Assembly (NCBI RefSeq): GCF_006345805.1
Contig: NC_042998.1
Span: 86,490,001-86,554,000, forward strand
Length of the DNA: 64,000 nucleotides
Reading direction: 5' to 3'
Source: Octopus sinensis
Lineage: Eukaryota
The notes below the pieces were generated by a model. That model had not been told where the DNA came from and ran no database searches. It saw only the letters and a program-made list of their open reading frames with translations. Position 1 is the first letter of the stretch; each line of letters starts with the position of its first letter. Positions 13,272-25,029 of this stretch are shown here, piece after piece. Made by a program: the position numbers and the translations under genes.

Positions 13272-14510
13272 TTAATACATGGTAGCCAGACATGTTATGG
13301 GCTGATAGTTTTGGGGAAATTTGGCTTCATTATTCTTTGGGAGTAGATTAGTAATACCTCTTGTTAACCAGTCAGGTGTTTTCATAGGATCTCTAATAAT
13401 TTCATTGAATACCTGGACTAACTTTTCATGTGTGCATGGAAGCAAGGCAAACCAGAAATTTTGTATCCTATCATTACCAGGGGATTTCCACTTATGAGCT
13501 TTTGTGAGTGTCATCTTTAGGCCTGCTATAGTGATGCCTTCCCATGCTTATTCTGGTAAGTTTTAGTATGATCCTTCTGTACATCTAATCCAGTCTGCAT
13601 TTTCATTGTAAGTTTTTTCATTACTCCAGATATTTTTCCATGTCTTTTTTCAACTTCTTTCATGGTAGCAGAGTCTTCAATGGTTATTTTCTCTGTAGAA
13701 TGTTTTTGCATTGGATGTGAACAGCTTATTTTACTTGAAAAATATGTTTCTCTTCTCAAATTTTAGTATTCTTTGAACTTTTGCTTGGACTTTTAGTTGC
13801 AGTGTTTCTTTTACTGAAAGAAGTTCTTTTCTCGGTGAGAATCTGTTTTCTCTTCATCTTTCTTCCTTTTCTGGTTTTTTCATCATTTCCACAGATTAGT
13901 TCATTCAATATTGATATTTCACCTCTCATTATTTCAATCTCTTTTTCAATTTTACTTTTCCAGTTTAGAATTCTTCTTAGGTTTATATTTCTTTGTTTTT
14001 TTTCAGAGGCATATAACTGGTTTCACTTGTCTTAGCAGTTGCGTACATAATTCATTTAATTCAGTGAGATCTAGTTTTTGTATAATTTCCTTTGTTACAT
14101 AGCTTCCAATTTTAATTTGTTTTCTATTTTGGATTGTATTTGAGAGCTTATGAAGTGGTTCTCTATCATGCATATTGGCATGCCTTACAACTCATGCTTA
14201 TTCAAGATTTTCTGCTTCATTTCTATCATAGACTCTCTATGTTCTTCAGCAAATGTATAGTCTTCAAATATTGTTTCTTTACCACTATCCTTGCTATCTT
14301 TATTAGGTTCATTACAGTTTATTTCTCCAGACATTTGTGTGTTCTGGACTGATGGCAGTCTTGCAATTGAGACTTGTGGAGAGTTGCTCTTTTCATCAGG
14401 TTCTTCATTTCCTTCCTGTCTTATATTTTGGTCATTTTCCACTGCATGCTTGATTGTGTCTTTTATTTCTGAAGATATCCCTCCTAACATTTGCTAACTT
14501 GTTTTTATCC
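13272..14510 (-). mobile_element. R4/Dong LINE, N-terminal part up to the start of RT
   Basis: KWKSPGNDRIQNFW...PDWLTRGITNLLPK...NYQPITCLATMY; 5' end at the (TTA)n tract 14515-14600. Confidence 0.88.
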
Positions 14511-14555
14511 AAATTATTATTATTATTATTGTTATTATTATTATTATTGTTATTA

Positions 14556-14597
<42 letters not shown>

Positions 14598-14599
14598 CA

Positions 14600-15178
14600 T
14601 TGTTGTGGTTGTTATTGTTGCCTTTGCACAGCTTCTAATGCTGGAGATGTACTACAGTGTCAGCTGTTCACTACCAGTGAACTAAAGTACCACCTTATTT
14701 TTTGAGCACCTTCCGGAGTATTCTAGCGGTTCCAAGCAGTGCTGTTTTCTGCAAGTGCTCCACCCTTATTGCAGCCCCTATTTGTTCCACGTACTTCTCG
14801 AGATTTTTACTTACTGTTCCCAGGGCTCTGACAATTATTGGTACTACTGCTACCTTTTTCATTGACCACAACTATTTAACTTCCCAAGCTAACCTGTCAT
14901 ATCTCTCGACTTTTCTTTCTTCCTTATCACATACCTTGTTGTCAGCTGGGCATGCTATATCTATGATCCAGCATAGTTTGTTTTCTTTCTCAATTAAGAC
15001 TATGTCCAGCTTCCTATTCTCAATCTCATGGTCGCACTGAATCATAAAATCCCATAGGATCTTTGCACTTCTATTTTTGCTTTGTCAAGTTCATGCTTGT
15101 TGCAAAGTGTCCAATGGACAAGCCTGGCTATATTGTCGTGGTGTCTTTTATATTCCTTCTGTAGTACATTGGCTGGTA

Positions 15179-15180
<2 letters not shown>
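14600..15180 (-). mobile_element. R4/Dong 3' fragment, same subfamily as 1760-2300
   Basis: gcacagcttctaatgctggagatgtactacagtg...gttccaagcagtgctgttttctgcaagtgctc aligns by eye with 1759-2290; (TTA)n on both sides. Confidence 0.85.
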
Positions 15181-15224
<44 letters not shown>

Positions 15225-15235
15225 TATTATTATTA

Positions 15236-16245
15236 TTCTATGTTTGACTTTTGTTTTACATTTGCACAAGCTGGCTCCAAGTCTCACCCAGAGACCTCAA
15301 GAGACTAGTTGGAAGTTCGTGTTGGTGTTATGCCTAGGATACCATATATTTGGTTTTGTACTTAGTGTTGTACTAGTGAATGTCTAAAAAACCATACAAA
15401 AATTATGTTTGTTTTAAAACTTGAGATTACATAGAAGGTATTTTGCGTAGGATATAAGCAGTTCCCATGAGCACTATCTTTTGAAATTCTGCCATTTTTG
15501 GGTTTCCTGTTATCTGAGTTAGGGAGCAATCAGCCCCTTTTGCTATCATTCCCAGGGCACCTATGACAACAGGTATTGTTTTAGTCTTCAGGTTCCACAT
15601 TTTGCTGATTTCTATTTCCAGATCTTTATATTTGCTCAGTTTCTGGTAGGTCTTGACAGATATGTTTATATTGATTGGGACAGTCATATCAATGAAGTCT
15701 TTTACTATGTCTGAAGTCTTTTACTATGATGTCTGACCTATTCGCATCTATCTTTCTGTCAGTTTGAATGGTGAAGTTCCAGAGGAGTGAGATGTGGTCA
15801 TTTTCAAGCACTGGAGGTGGTTTGTGTTCCCACCAGTTTTTATCATGGGGCAAGTCCAGGCTTTTGCAAATTACCCAGTGAATATATTGTGCAGCTCTAT
15901 CATGCTTGTTGAGATACTCTGTAGGTGCAAGAAGACTGCACTTGGAGACAACATGATCAATGGTTTCATTTTGTTGTTGACATACACGACATGTTGGGCT
16001 ACTGCCGTTCTTTAATATGTTGGCTTGGTAGTTCCTTGTAGGTAGGCATTGATTTTGAGCTGCTATGATAAACCCTTCTGTTTCAGATTTTAAGACAGAG
16101 GCCATTAGCCATTGATGGGTCAGAGCTTTGTCAATATCTGCATTATTTGCTCTCTTTGGGTATTTGCCATTGAGAGGTTTTTCTTGCCATTTATCATTCA
16201 GAATATCTAAGGCAGCAGTTTTAGCACGGGTTTTCATGCACTTAG
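15236..16245 (-). mobile_element. R4/Dong 3' fragment (CCHC knuckle, restriction-like endonuclease, 3' UTR)
   Basis: SETEGFIIAAQNQCLPTRNY...CRVC...ETIDHVVSKC...HDRAAQYIHW...LWNFTIQTDRKIDANRSDI; KYKDLEIEI..MW...IPVVIGALG. Confidence 0.92.
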
Positions 16246-17238
16246 CTTTTTCTGTGCTGCTGCTGCTGCTGCTGCTTCTTCTTCTCGTCGTCGTCGCCGT
16301 CATCATCTTTCTTTAGCCATTTTGTCCAGTTGCTTGCTTGACTTATTACCTCTAACCTAGTGCAAGAGAACACATTTGCTTAATTTCTGCTATCTGAATA
16401 GGTGGTGCCTTGGTCATTAAATATTTAGTATCACATCACAAAACATTTTCTTATGGAAAAGAAATAAAAAAAATCAAAAGGTTTTGGTAAATACAGCATA
16501 TAAAAGTGCAAATAAATAAATAGTAAACACCAGAATCATCATCATCATCATCATCATCGTTTAGAATAAATATGCAAAAGTGTAATGACAAAATAACATT
16601 AAATTTTGACTTGTAATATAGAATTTGTAAACCAATTAATGGAGATTCCTATGAATATTATCTAAGTTCAATGGCAAACTCAACTTTTTAGGGTATGTTA
16701 CAGAAGTTTATAGTTACTCTATAATTTATTGTAAAAATTAGCTCATTCTCATCTACTGCAAATTATCTTTTACTGTCCCACTGTCCCTTTCTCCTTAATC
16801 AAATAAAAAATGTTTCTGCAACACCTATTTTAAATTTAAAAAATAAGCTTATAATTTCAACACTTGTCTTTTCATTTTTAAGCTCATAGTAATGAAACTT
16901 TTATGCAGTTCTTGTTAAAATGAGCATACAATATTCAAGCTAGGGATATATTTGCATCATTGAAGTAAATAGCATCATCAAATCAACTAACAATTCCAAA
17001 ACGATAATCTTACATTCATAAAATTGTCTTTTCTCGTAACTGACACATAAAAAAAAAATTCAACATTTGTTCAATAATCTTTTCTCTTTCATATTTACAG
17101 TTATAAAATAGAGCATAAAATATAGTAGGAATATTTGATAAACTTTAAATCCTTTACTGAATTAATTATTCAATGAACTATTGGAGAAAATGATAATTTC
17201 TAAATTAATCGCAAAGTACTCTCTTTTTCTTTCCTCAG

Positions 17239-17439
17239 GATTTTTGACAATTACAGTCAAGGATATAAATGATTGTTACCCAGTTTTTAGAGAAAATTTT
17301 ACATTACTAAATTTGGTTGAAAACTATCCTGTCGGAAGCATTATTGCAACACTTACAGCCACTGATGATGACAAAAATGACTTTGTAACATATGAAGTTC
17401 TTGACAGTTCTAACAAGTTTGGCATTAACAATAAAACTG
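17239..17439 (+). CDS. Cadherin gene, first exon visible in the window (internal exon, phase 1 in / phase 1 out)
   Basis: Acceptor ttcctcAG at 17237-38, donor GTacat at 17440. Translation FLTITVKDINDCYPVF...LVENYPVGSIIATLTATDDD...TYEV...INNKT carries the cadherin DxNDxxPxF, xEN and AxDxD motifs. Confidence 0.92.
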
Positions 17440-17639
17440 GTACATATATATTTTCTTTTAATTTCTTTTAATTACTGTTTTTCTAGTTTCAAAGCAATTA
17501 AAAGCGATTTTTAGTATGTTTTACTTTATGAAATTTCAATTGCTGTTACTGTTGATATTGTTTTACTGGGTAATTGTAAATGTCTGTATGCCTTAAATGG
17601 ACTTTTGAGTAGTGATGCTTGAAACAGTTGATAATATGA

Positions 17640-18330
17640 TACAAGTCAACCATCTACAAGGTGCAAATGAGGTCCACCATGGGATATTGCTCTCACATTG
17701 GACAGTGATACTGCTATGCATACTGATATGCTGGATTGCATCCAGAGAAAGATCATTTAGCTGATTGACACTCCATCACTAATGGACCCTTTCCAGCCTT
17801 TGGTTCTCAGCCATGCTGTCTCTGCTACCCTTTTCTCCACTCTTTGGACTCTTCTCCTTGTTTTTTGTCTTTCCTGTAATGCTGGCCTTCAATGGATCAT
17901 TCATGGCATCAATCTCACCAGTCTTATGGGGGTTTTCCAAGTGTAAAATTCTCTGCGCCAACAAATTCTCTGTCCAAGCAAATAAAATAGAAATTTCAAT
18001 TATTAGATGATCTGGTATTTATTTCCAATAGCTAAATGAAAGAAGGAAGTAAACATTCTGCTTGGTTACATAATGAAATGTCTGTTGTGGTTTATCCTAC
18101 TGATCGATGAAAAGCCAGTGTAGCAACTGTCTGCTTTGGTTTGTCCTGCTCAAGAACATATATTTCCAGGCTGAAGATAGCTGAAGAATTTACTAGGAGG
18201 GGGCAATTGGTGTTGTTTAACTTCAGATCATCTTTAAATTGAGCAGACCAATGATTAAAGGTATTCCAGCAATGACCATCTTCTCTTTCTCCTGAGCATT
18301 GGTATGCATTATATAACATGTCCAGTTTTT
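17640..18330 (-). mobile_element. Old RTE-clade 3' fragment
   Basis: Minus-strand DPLKASITGKTKNKEK is similar to RTE DSLEK.IM.GK..GKR..GR; heavily degenerate. Confidence 0.45.
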
Positions 18331-18561
18331 CAAGACTACAGGTTATGATTTGAAGGAGATTTGACTTTTATATTTAACAAATTGAACTATTATTTAGAGT
18401 TACTTAATTCTTCAAGGAATCATATGAAGAAATAAGTACTTCTATTCAGTATGACTGTTGGCTTGGTTAACATTTGTAATTAAGTACTCAGAAAATTAAA
18501 GTATTTTATTTTTGTCTATAAAATGGCATTTTTGTCTATTGTAAATTTTTTCAATTTTCAG

Positions 18562-18875
18562 GTGAAATTTCATTAAAAGCAGAGCTGGATCGTGAAGAAA
18601 ATCCAAACATCACATTTAATGTTGTGGCCAGTGATTCCTTGTTACCAACATTATCATCCACAGCAACAGTTTTTGTTGTTGTTGAAGATTTTAATGATAA
18701 TGCCCCAGAATTTCAGAACCTTGACTCTATATTACCTGTACCAGAAAACACTTCTGTAAATACCATAATTACTACAATAACAACTACTGATAAAGATATA
18801 GGAATACATGCGAATGTTAGTTATACTCTGACAGTTTCTGGTGGAAATTCTCCTTTTAAAATTGACAAAATAACT
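18562..18875 (+). CDS. Cadherin exon (phase 1 in / phase 0 out)
   Basis: ttttcAG acceptor at 18560-61, GTaagt donor at 18876. (G)EISLKAELDREE...VASD...VEDFNDNAPEF...PENT...TTDKDIG; joins the previous exon in frame. Confidence 0.95.
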
Positions 18876-19342
18876 GTAAGTGTTAAATATCTTCTTGTAT
18901 TAAGTTGTTAATTCTTTTCCCTTTTCAAAACACTTCATAAAATTTGGCAGAAATAATCATTGGTTGAGTGGCTCAAAATGATGAAAATTTGGTTTGATTG
19001 TCTCCAAAGATTCATAAATAAATACATAGATATGCAAATTTGTGTGTGTGTTTGTGTGTGCATATGTGTGTGCATGCATGCATGTGCGCAGTGATGGATT
19101 TGAGAGTTTCGACTACTTACAAGTTGATTTCTTAATTTCACCAGTTATAAAATACCTATAATGGTGATACTTAAAAGACAAAAAAAATGTTTGTTAAATT
19201 AAACTTTCAGATTTCCTGATAAGCAAGTGGCCATATTATTCATATCCCTCAATAAACTACAGTTCATTTGATTCACCTGCCATCATTGCAAAACATTCAA
19301 AACACTTCTCAAATTCTGTGCAATCTCTTTGGTCAAACACTG

Positions 19343-20180
19343 GAGCAAAATAAAAAATAAATAGTGCAATAGGTGTAAAACATGTAGTAAATACATATGA
19401 AAAAAAAATGTGCCCTGGAGAAGGGGGGGCAAGGGAGAGGACTCGGAAAGTTCACATTTGGAGTGTTCTAAGTCCTCTCACCACTTCCCCATTTGTCAGC
19501 AAAATTTTTTTCTTCATATTCATTTACTACACATTATTTTACACCTAGTACACTATTTGGTTTTTCAATTTTTGTGACGGGGGTGGGGGTAGGGTGCAGA
19601 CTCGGATAACTCACACAATCCAGTCACAAAAATGAAAAAATAGTGTAATAGGTGTAAAACAACATGTAGTAAAGGAATATGAAAAAAAAATGTGTGCTGG
19701 CAAAAGGAGAGCAGGAGGAGGACTCAGAAACTTCACACGATCAATCTCACAGGATCCGAAAACTCAACGTTAATACCTGGTCATAAAAATAAAAAATAAA
19801 AACTAGTGTACTAGGTGTAAAATAGTGTGTAGTAAATGAATATGAAGGAAACAAATTTTGTTGACAAATGGGGAAGTGTTGAGAGGACTCGGAACATTCC
19901 CAATGTGAATTTTCTAAGTTGTCTCCCCCACCTCCCGTTCGCCAGCACGCTTTATTTTTTCATGTTCATTTACTACATGTTGTTACACACCTATTACTGT
20001 ATTTTTTCTTAATTTTTGTGACCAGGTGTTAACAGTGAGTTTTTGGATCCAGTGAAATTGATTGTGTGAATTTTCTGAGTCGTCTCCCCCAACTCTCATT
20101 CGCCAGCGTGCATTTTTTGTTCATTTTTGTTTACTTATATGTTGTTTTACACCTATTGCACTATTTTTTTTTTTTTGCTC
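19343..20180. mobile_element. Foldback/MULE-like non-autonomous element made of six related ~120-150-bp modules
   Basis: Termini GAGCAAAA...TTTTGCTC; module orientation F-R-F-F-R-R; GGTCAAACACTG duplicated on the flanks at 19331-19342 and 20182-20193. Confidence 0.75.
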
Positions 20181-20683
20181 AGGTCAAACACTGGAGTTTG
20201 ACGATATTTTCTATAAGTATTTCGTTTTGTTCACTTTCTTTTTCATAATCATTATTATTATTTGAATAATCATTTATTTAGATAAGCAAATTTTACTCAT
20301 ATGGTATGTTGAACTTTACGAAACAACTTTTGATTTTATTTTTCAACTCATATTTTAGCATTTCACTGTAAAACTATTGAAATAGAATTTTTTTTTTGGA
20401 CATGCTGATTCTTCAGTGAAAAATTGGAGAAGAATCTTCATTTTATGTAATTTTAAAAAAATTTTAATTCCAATCCACTCTAAAATAACTTTCAAATTTT
20501 TTTGCCAACTGATATTTTACTGTTCTTGTGAAAATGATTTGTGAAAAAATTCATCTGTGTGCAGGGTATGCATCCAATGCCTTTTTATTTTCATTACTAA
20601 TTCTTTTCAAAATAAACTGTAGTTTTGAAAATTTCTGTGAATACAAAATTTCCTTAATTAATATCATTTTGTTTCTATTTCAG

Positions 20684-21199
20684 GGAGAAATAGTGTTAAT
20701 TTCAAAACTTGACAGAGAGGCTGTGGATAAGTACACTGTTATTATTACTGCTCAAGATAACTATGACTATAAAAATAATTTTCAAAAACCTGGATGGAAA
20801 GAAAATACAACTACAATCTTAATCAATGTAACTGATGTTAATGACAATCCTCCAGTATTTAAGTCTGATGAATATTCTAAAAATGTACAAGAAAGCATAT
20901 CAACAGGAACTATCTTGACTGTTGCAACCACTGATGAAGATATTGGAGAAAATGGTAAAGTTCAGTACTCACTACAAGGAAAGGAATCTGTGTTATTTAA
21001 AATGGATCCAGGTACAGGTGTTCTGAGTATTGCTTCAGATTTAACAAATAAAATAGGAGTCAAGTGTTTCAATGTTACTGCAAAAGATGAAGGAAATCCA
21101 CCATTAAGTTCAACTACATCTATTTGTATTAATATTACTGACATTAACAACAACAATCCAAAATTTGAAAAGCCAAATGATACAATCACTATACCAGAG
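20684..21199 (+). CDS. Cadherin exon (516 nt, phase 0/0)
   Basis: tttcAG acceptor at 20682-83, GTaagt donor at 21200. GEIVLISKLDREAVD...DVNDNPPVF...TTDEDIGENG...AKDEGNPPLSST...DINNNNPKF...IPE. Confidence 0.95.
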
Positions 21200-21224
21200 G
21201 TAAGTATGTGTGTATACAGACGTA

Positions 21225-21590
21225 TCTGTGTGTGTGCATGCAAGTATGTGCGTATATAGACATGTTTTACTCTTATTGCCTATTTTTTACACTTTTCCAA
21301 CATATTTTTCTGTATTTTGCCTTTGGCCCTGTTTTTTCTTGTGCATGTGCATATATAGAAATGTGTATGAACTTTTTTTGTGCACTTGTGTGTATGTAGA
21401 CGTGTGCGGGTATGTGCATATATTAGACGTGTGTGTGCCTGCAAGTATGTGTGTATATAGAGGTGTCTTACTCTTATTGCTTATTTTTTACACTTTTTTC
21501 ACATTTTTTCTGTATTTTGCCTTTAGTCCTGTTTTTTCTTGTGCATGTGTGCATATAGATGTGTGTATAAACCGTTTTTGTGCACATGTG
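21225..21590. repeat. Tandem ~200-bp duplication embedded in (GT)/(GTAT) low-complexity sequence
   Basis: ttactcttattgc..attttttacacttt..cacat.tttttctgtattttgccttt.g.cctgttttttcttgtgcatgtg occurs at ~21267 and ~21467. Confidence 0.8.
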
Positions 21591-21908
21591 TGTGTGTGTG
21601 TGTGCGAGTGTGTATGCGGTTATGTATATATTTTTTGGCGAATGTGTGGGTGAGCATGTGTGTGTTTCAAGTGAAGGTGGATGAGTATATACATATAGGC
21701 GCATGTACATGGGTGTGTGGGTGTGCATGTGTATGTATGGACATGTGTGCTTATGCGATTACTATGAACAATTTTACTCCCTTACCTTTACTCCCTCCCC
21801 TTACTTAGTGGTCATTCTAATAGCTCTTTTGTCTTAATCATGGCCAATCACACAATAATTTCCCTTTGTTTTAATGGTCATTTTCATAGCATTGTTTTTT
21901 ATGGCCCT

Positions 21909-21967
21909 ATAACAGAAGAGATGCCAGCGTGGGTTTCCGCTCCGGTATCCGAAACTCGGAGTTTTAT
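21909..21967 (+). ncRNA. Candidate type I hammerhead ribozyme motif (one core substitution), Penelope-terminus-like
   Basis: ATAA-CAGAAGA-GATGCC(loop)GGTATC-C-GAA-ACTC-G-GAGT-T-TTAT: stems I, II and III can all pair; the core reads CAGA instead of CUGA. Confidence 0.5.
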
Positions 21968-21990
21968 CTTGGCTACCAAATAATTGTCAC

Positions 21991-22037
<47 letters not shown>

Positions 22038-22329
22038 GAGAGAGAGAGATTTCAATGAAGAGCAGCCTGAGGGATATAAACAATATTGAACACATGCAAG
22101 GTATGTGTTTTGCCAGCTTGTGGGAAGGCTGTGATTAAAGGCATGAGAGAAAATATTCTTATCACTTGGCCTGGTGTGTGTTAAAACACCTGGAATCCAT
22201 AGACAAGCAAGATAACTTGCATCTCATATATGTATGTATATATGTATATATGTATGTATGCATGTATGTATGTATGTATGTAGCACCACACTCTGGTACT
22301 TGTGTTGGCATAAAACACATGAATAAGGT

Positions 22330-22870
22330 TTAGGAGCTTGGTTGGAAAAGCATCTCGCCTTATGACTTCCTATAAGCTGGTATAGTCCATTGAATCAAAG
22401 GCTGCTGCAAAGCCAGCAAAGTAGAATATGGTGGCCTGTTGATAGCACCAGTCTTGTTCCAGGACTCAGCATAGGATGAAAATCTGATCAGTGCATCCTC
22501 TTCTTCATTGCAAACCACATTGGTTTGGCCGGGTTCTTCTGTCATGTACTCTCAGAAAGAGAGTTGTGAAGATCTTTGATGTGACATAAATAAGGCTTAT
22601 GCCATGTTAGTGGCAAACATATCTGCCACCTTTCTTGTAGAATGGCAAAAGGATCATATCAATCCAACCTTGTGGGATTTCTTTGGATTCCCAGATGCAG
22701 CTGATAATCCTGTGCAGCCATCATGTCATGGTATCAGAACAGCTCTTAAAGAGCTTTGCTGGTAGGCCATCTTCACCTTCCACTTTGTTATTCCACAGTT
22801 TTCTGACATACAAGCATAGGAATCAAGAATTTCATGCTCTTGGGAAGCTGTCAAGCTGGTGGGTTATGAT
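22330..22870 (-). mobile_element. Old RTE-clade 3' fragment
   Basis: Minus-strand GQTNVVC...ALQQPLIQWTIP, similar to the RTE C-terminus (TGQ.PI...RQAL.WNP). Confidence 0.55.
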
Positions 22871-22876
22871 TTAGTA

Positions 22877-24765
22877 TCAGGCTGAGTAAAAAGTAAGTAA
22901 TGTTTTGAATCATGAAGAATTTGTACTGAATTTTTACAGAGTTCTGAATTTTTTTAAAACATTGTTTTTGAAACTGTCTGATAATACAGACATAGACTTG
23001 CCCAAATGCATAAAAAAATTAATATTGATAATTTTTCACCTTTCTTACAATCATCTGAAATGGAACTGTCAAAGCATGATATTTGAGCAATTCTGCTATT
23101 CAACTTCAAAAAAGGACATTGAGCAGCTGAAACTGCTTGTGATATCAACGAAATATTTGGTGAGGAAATGACCAGTGAGTGGTCAGCTTGTAAATGGTTT
23201 AAAAGATTTCTCAGTGGAGACCTCAGCCTTGAAGATTGTGAGCATAATGTCATTGATGATGGTTAATTAAAGACAGTCACTGAGAAAGATTTGAGAACTG
23301 GCAAAAGAACTTCAAGTTAGTGAGAAAACTGCCTGCAACCATTTGCATACGATTGGTAAATCAAACATGCTCCACAAATGGATACCATATGATTAGAATG
23401 AAAATCAGAAAATGCGTAGATATGAAATTTGCTCATCACTTCTTTGTAACCAGAGAAATCCATTTTTCGACCGTATTGTAACTTGCAATGGAAAGTGGAT
23501 TCTGTACAATAATAAAGCACATTTTTCGCAGTGGTTGAACCAAAATGAAGCACCAAAAAACTTTCTTAAATCCGAGCTCTTCAAAAAGAAGGTTATGGTG
23601 ACTGTTTGATGGTGTACTGCTGGACTCATCAACTATAAATTCTTAAAATCTGGAAACAACATTACTACAGAAACATATTGCCATGAAATTGCCAAAATGA
23701 ATGAAAAACTGCTACTCCTACATCCCAAACTTGGGATCTTTTCGCTATGACCGGCAGATTTTTAAAATAATTTCTTTGTAACTAAACACTTTTAAACTTC
23801 GTATACTGGTAGAATGTGTTTATAAAACATCTTTTTCTCTTGGCTTTCTTGAGAAAATTCTGTAGTTTGTAAGCTATTTCCTCTTTAATTTCTTAATTTT
23901 TGGCAATTTTAACCAATCAATGACGTCCATTGAGGTGAAAACAATATCTGCCAAAGTCTGTCAACAACAACTTTTTGCGGTGTCATATGAAAATGTCCCT
24001 GCTATTTATGACATATTTCATATCAGTTACGTTCGTATGAATAAAAGATTATCATTATTGAACTTTTATTAATAAACATATATTCTAAGTTCACAACATA
24101 TGCAGTTTTAATATTCCTCTCTGTTGCACACATTACATATTATATATTCGTTTAAGAAACAGATTGGGTTTATTTACATTTCTGAAGAAAAAAAGATGCC
24201 CTTCACCCACCCCTAACCCTAAAACAGATTGAAATGCACTAGATCGATACTAGGGTCATAATTATGGGTGGACACTAAAAAGGGAACGGTTTTGTTATCC
24301 AGCTCTGTTTACAAGTGACTCCTCAGTTTATGACCACAGGTTATCTTTTTTCTCATAAATAGCAGGGGCATTTTCATATGACACCGCAAAAAATTTTTGT
24401 TGACAGACTTTGGCAGATATTGTTTTCACCTCAATAGACGTCATTGATTTGTTGAAAATGCCAAAAATTAAGAAATTAAAGAGGAAACAGCTTACAAACT
24501 ACAGAATTTTCTCAAGAAAGCCAAGAGAAAAAGATGTTTTATAAACACATTCTACCAGTATATGAAGTTAAAAATTTTTTAGTTACATAGAAATTATTTT
24601 AAAAATCTGCTGGTCAAAGTGAAAAGATCCCAAACTTGTAACTCGTTGGCAAAAATATGTTGATTGTAATAGTACTTACATTGATGAATAAAATTTCCAC
24701 ATTGTTGAAATATATTGTAATGAATTTCATGTTTCAAAATGTTGCTTACTTCTTACTCAGCCTGA
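22877..24765 (+). mobile_element. Mariner element with both TIRs, internally deleted and interrupted by a MITE
   Basis: TA-TCAGGCTGAGTAAAAAGTAAG at 22875 and CTTACTTCTTACTCAGCCTGA-TA at 24767. Transposase remnants MELSKHDI..ILLFNFKKG..AAETACDIN, FFDRIVTCNGKWILYNN, KKVMVTV.W, and C-terminal KLVTRWQKYVDCNSTYIDE*. Confidence 0.93.
23733..24631. mobile_element. MITE with ~279-bp terminal inverted repeats
   Basis: Arms 23733-24011 and 24353-24631 are reverse complements (GGGATCTTTTC...GAAAAGATCCC); AAACTT is duplicated at 23727-32 and 24632-37. Confidence 0.92.
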
Positions 24766-25029
24766 TAATTCTTCAAAGAACTGTCTACTAAGTTGGATTA
24801 GATGTTGCCTTGCTCATCTGAAACCATTTCACTTAAGCGCTACAGCCTCTAGTAGTAATTTTTTAAGAAGCTGGTAGAATTTATAGATGTTGCCCTCTGC
24901 TCCAGCCTTTTTGGTGTCTGTTACAACAAAGCACCAGTATTGATTAAGATTGGCATGAGCTTTGCAATTAGTATGTTGTCTGAGCACACAATATCTCAGA
25001 CCTCCACTAATTTGTAAATTGGATATCTT

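Noticed and set aside
19343-20180. CRISPR-like or regularly spaced repeat array
   Set aside because: Modules are long, diverged and in mixed orientation with no unique spacers; eukaryotic context and no cas genes.
20528-20683. Apparent N-terminal hydrophobic start of the 243-aa cadherin ORF
   Set aside because: It lies upstream of a clear polypyrimidine-CAG acceptor and cadherin similarity starts exactly at 20684, so this is intronic read-through and not a signal peptide.
24265-24285. CCCTAA telomere-like motif
   Set aside because: Only about two units, inside a MITE spacer; not an interstitial telomere.
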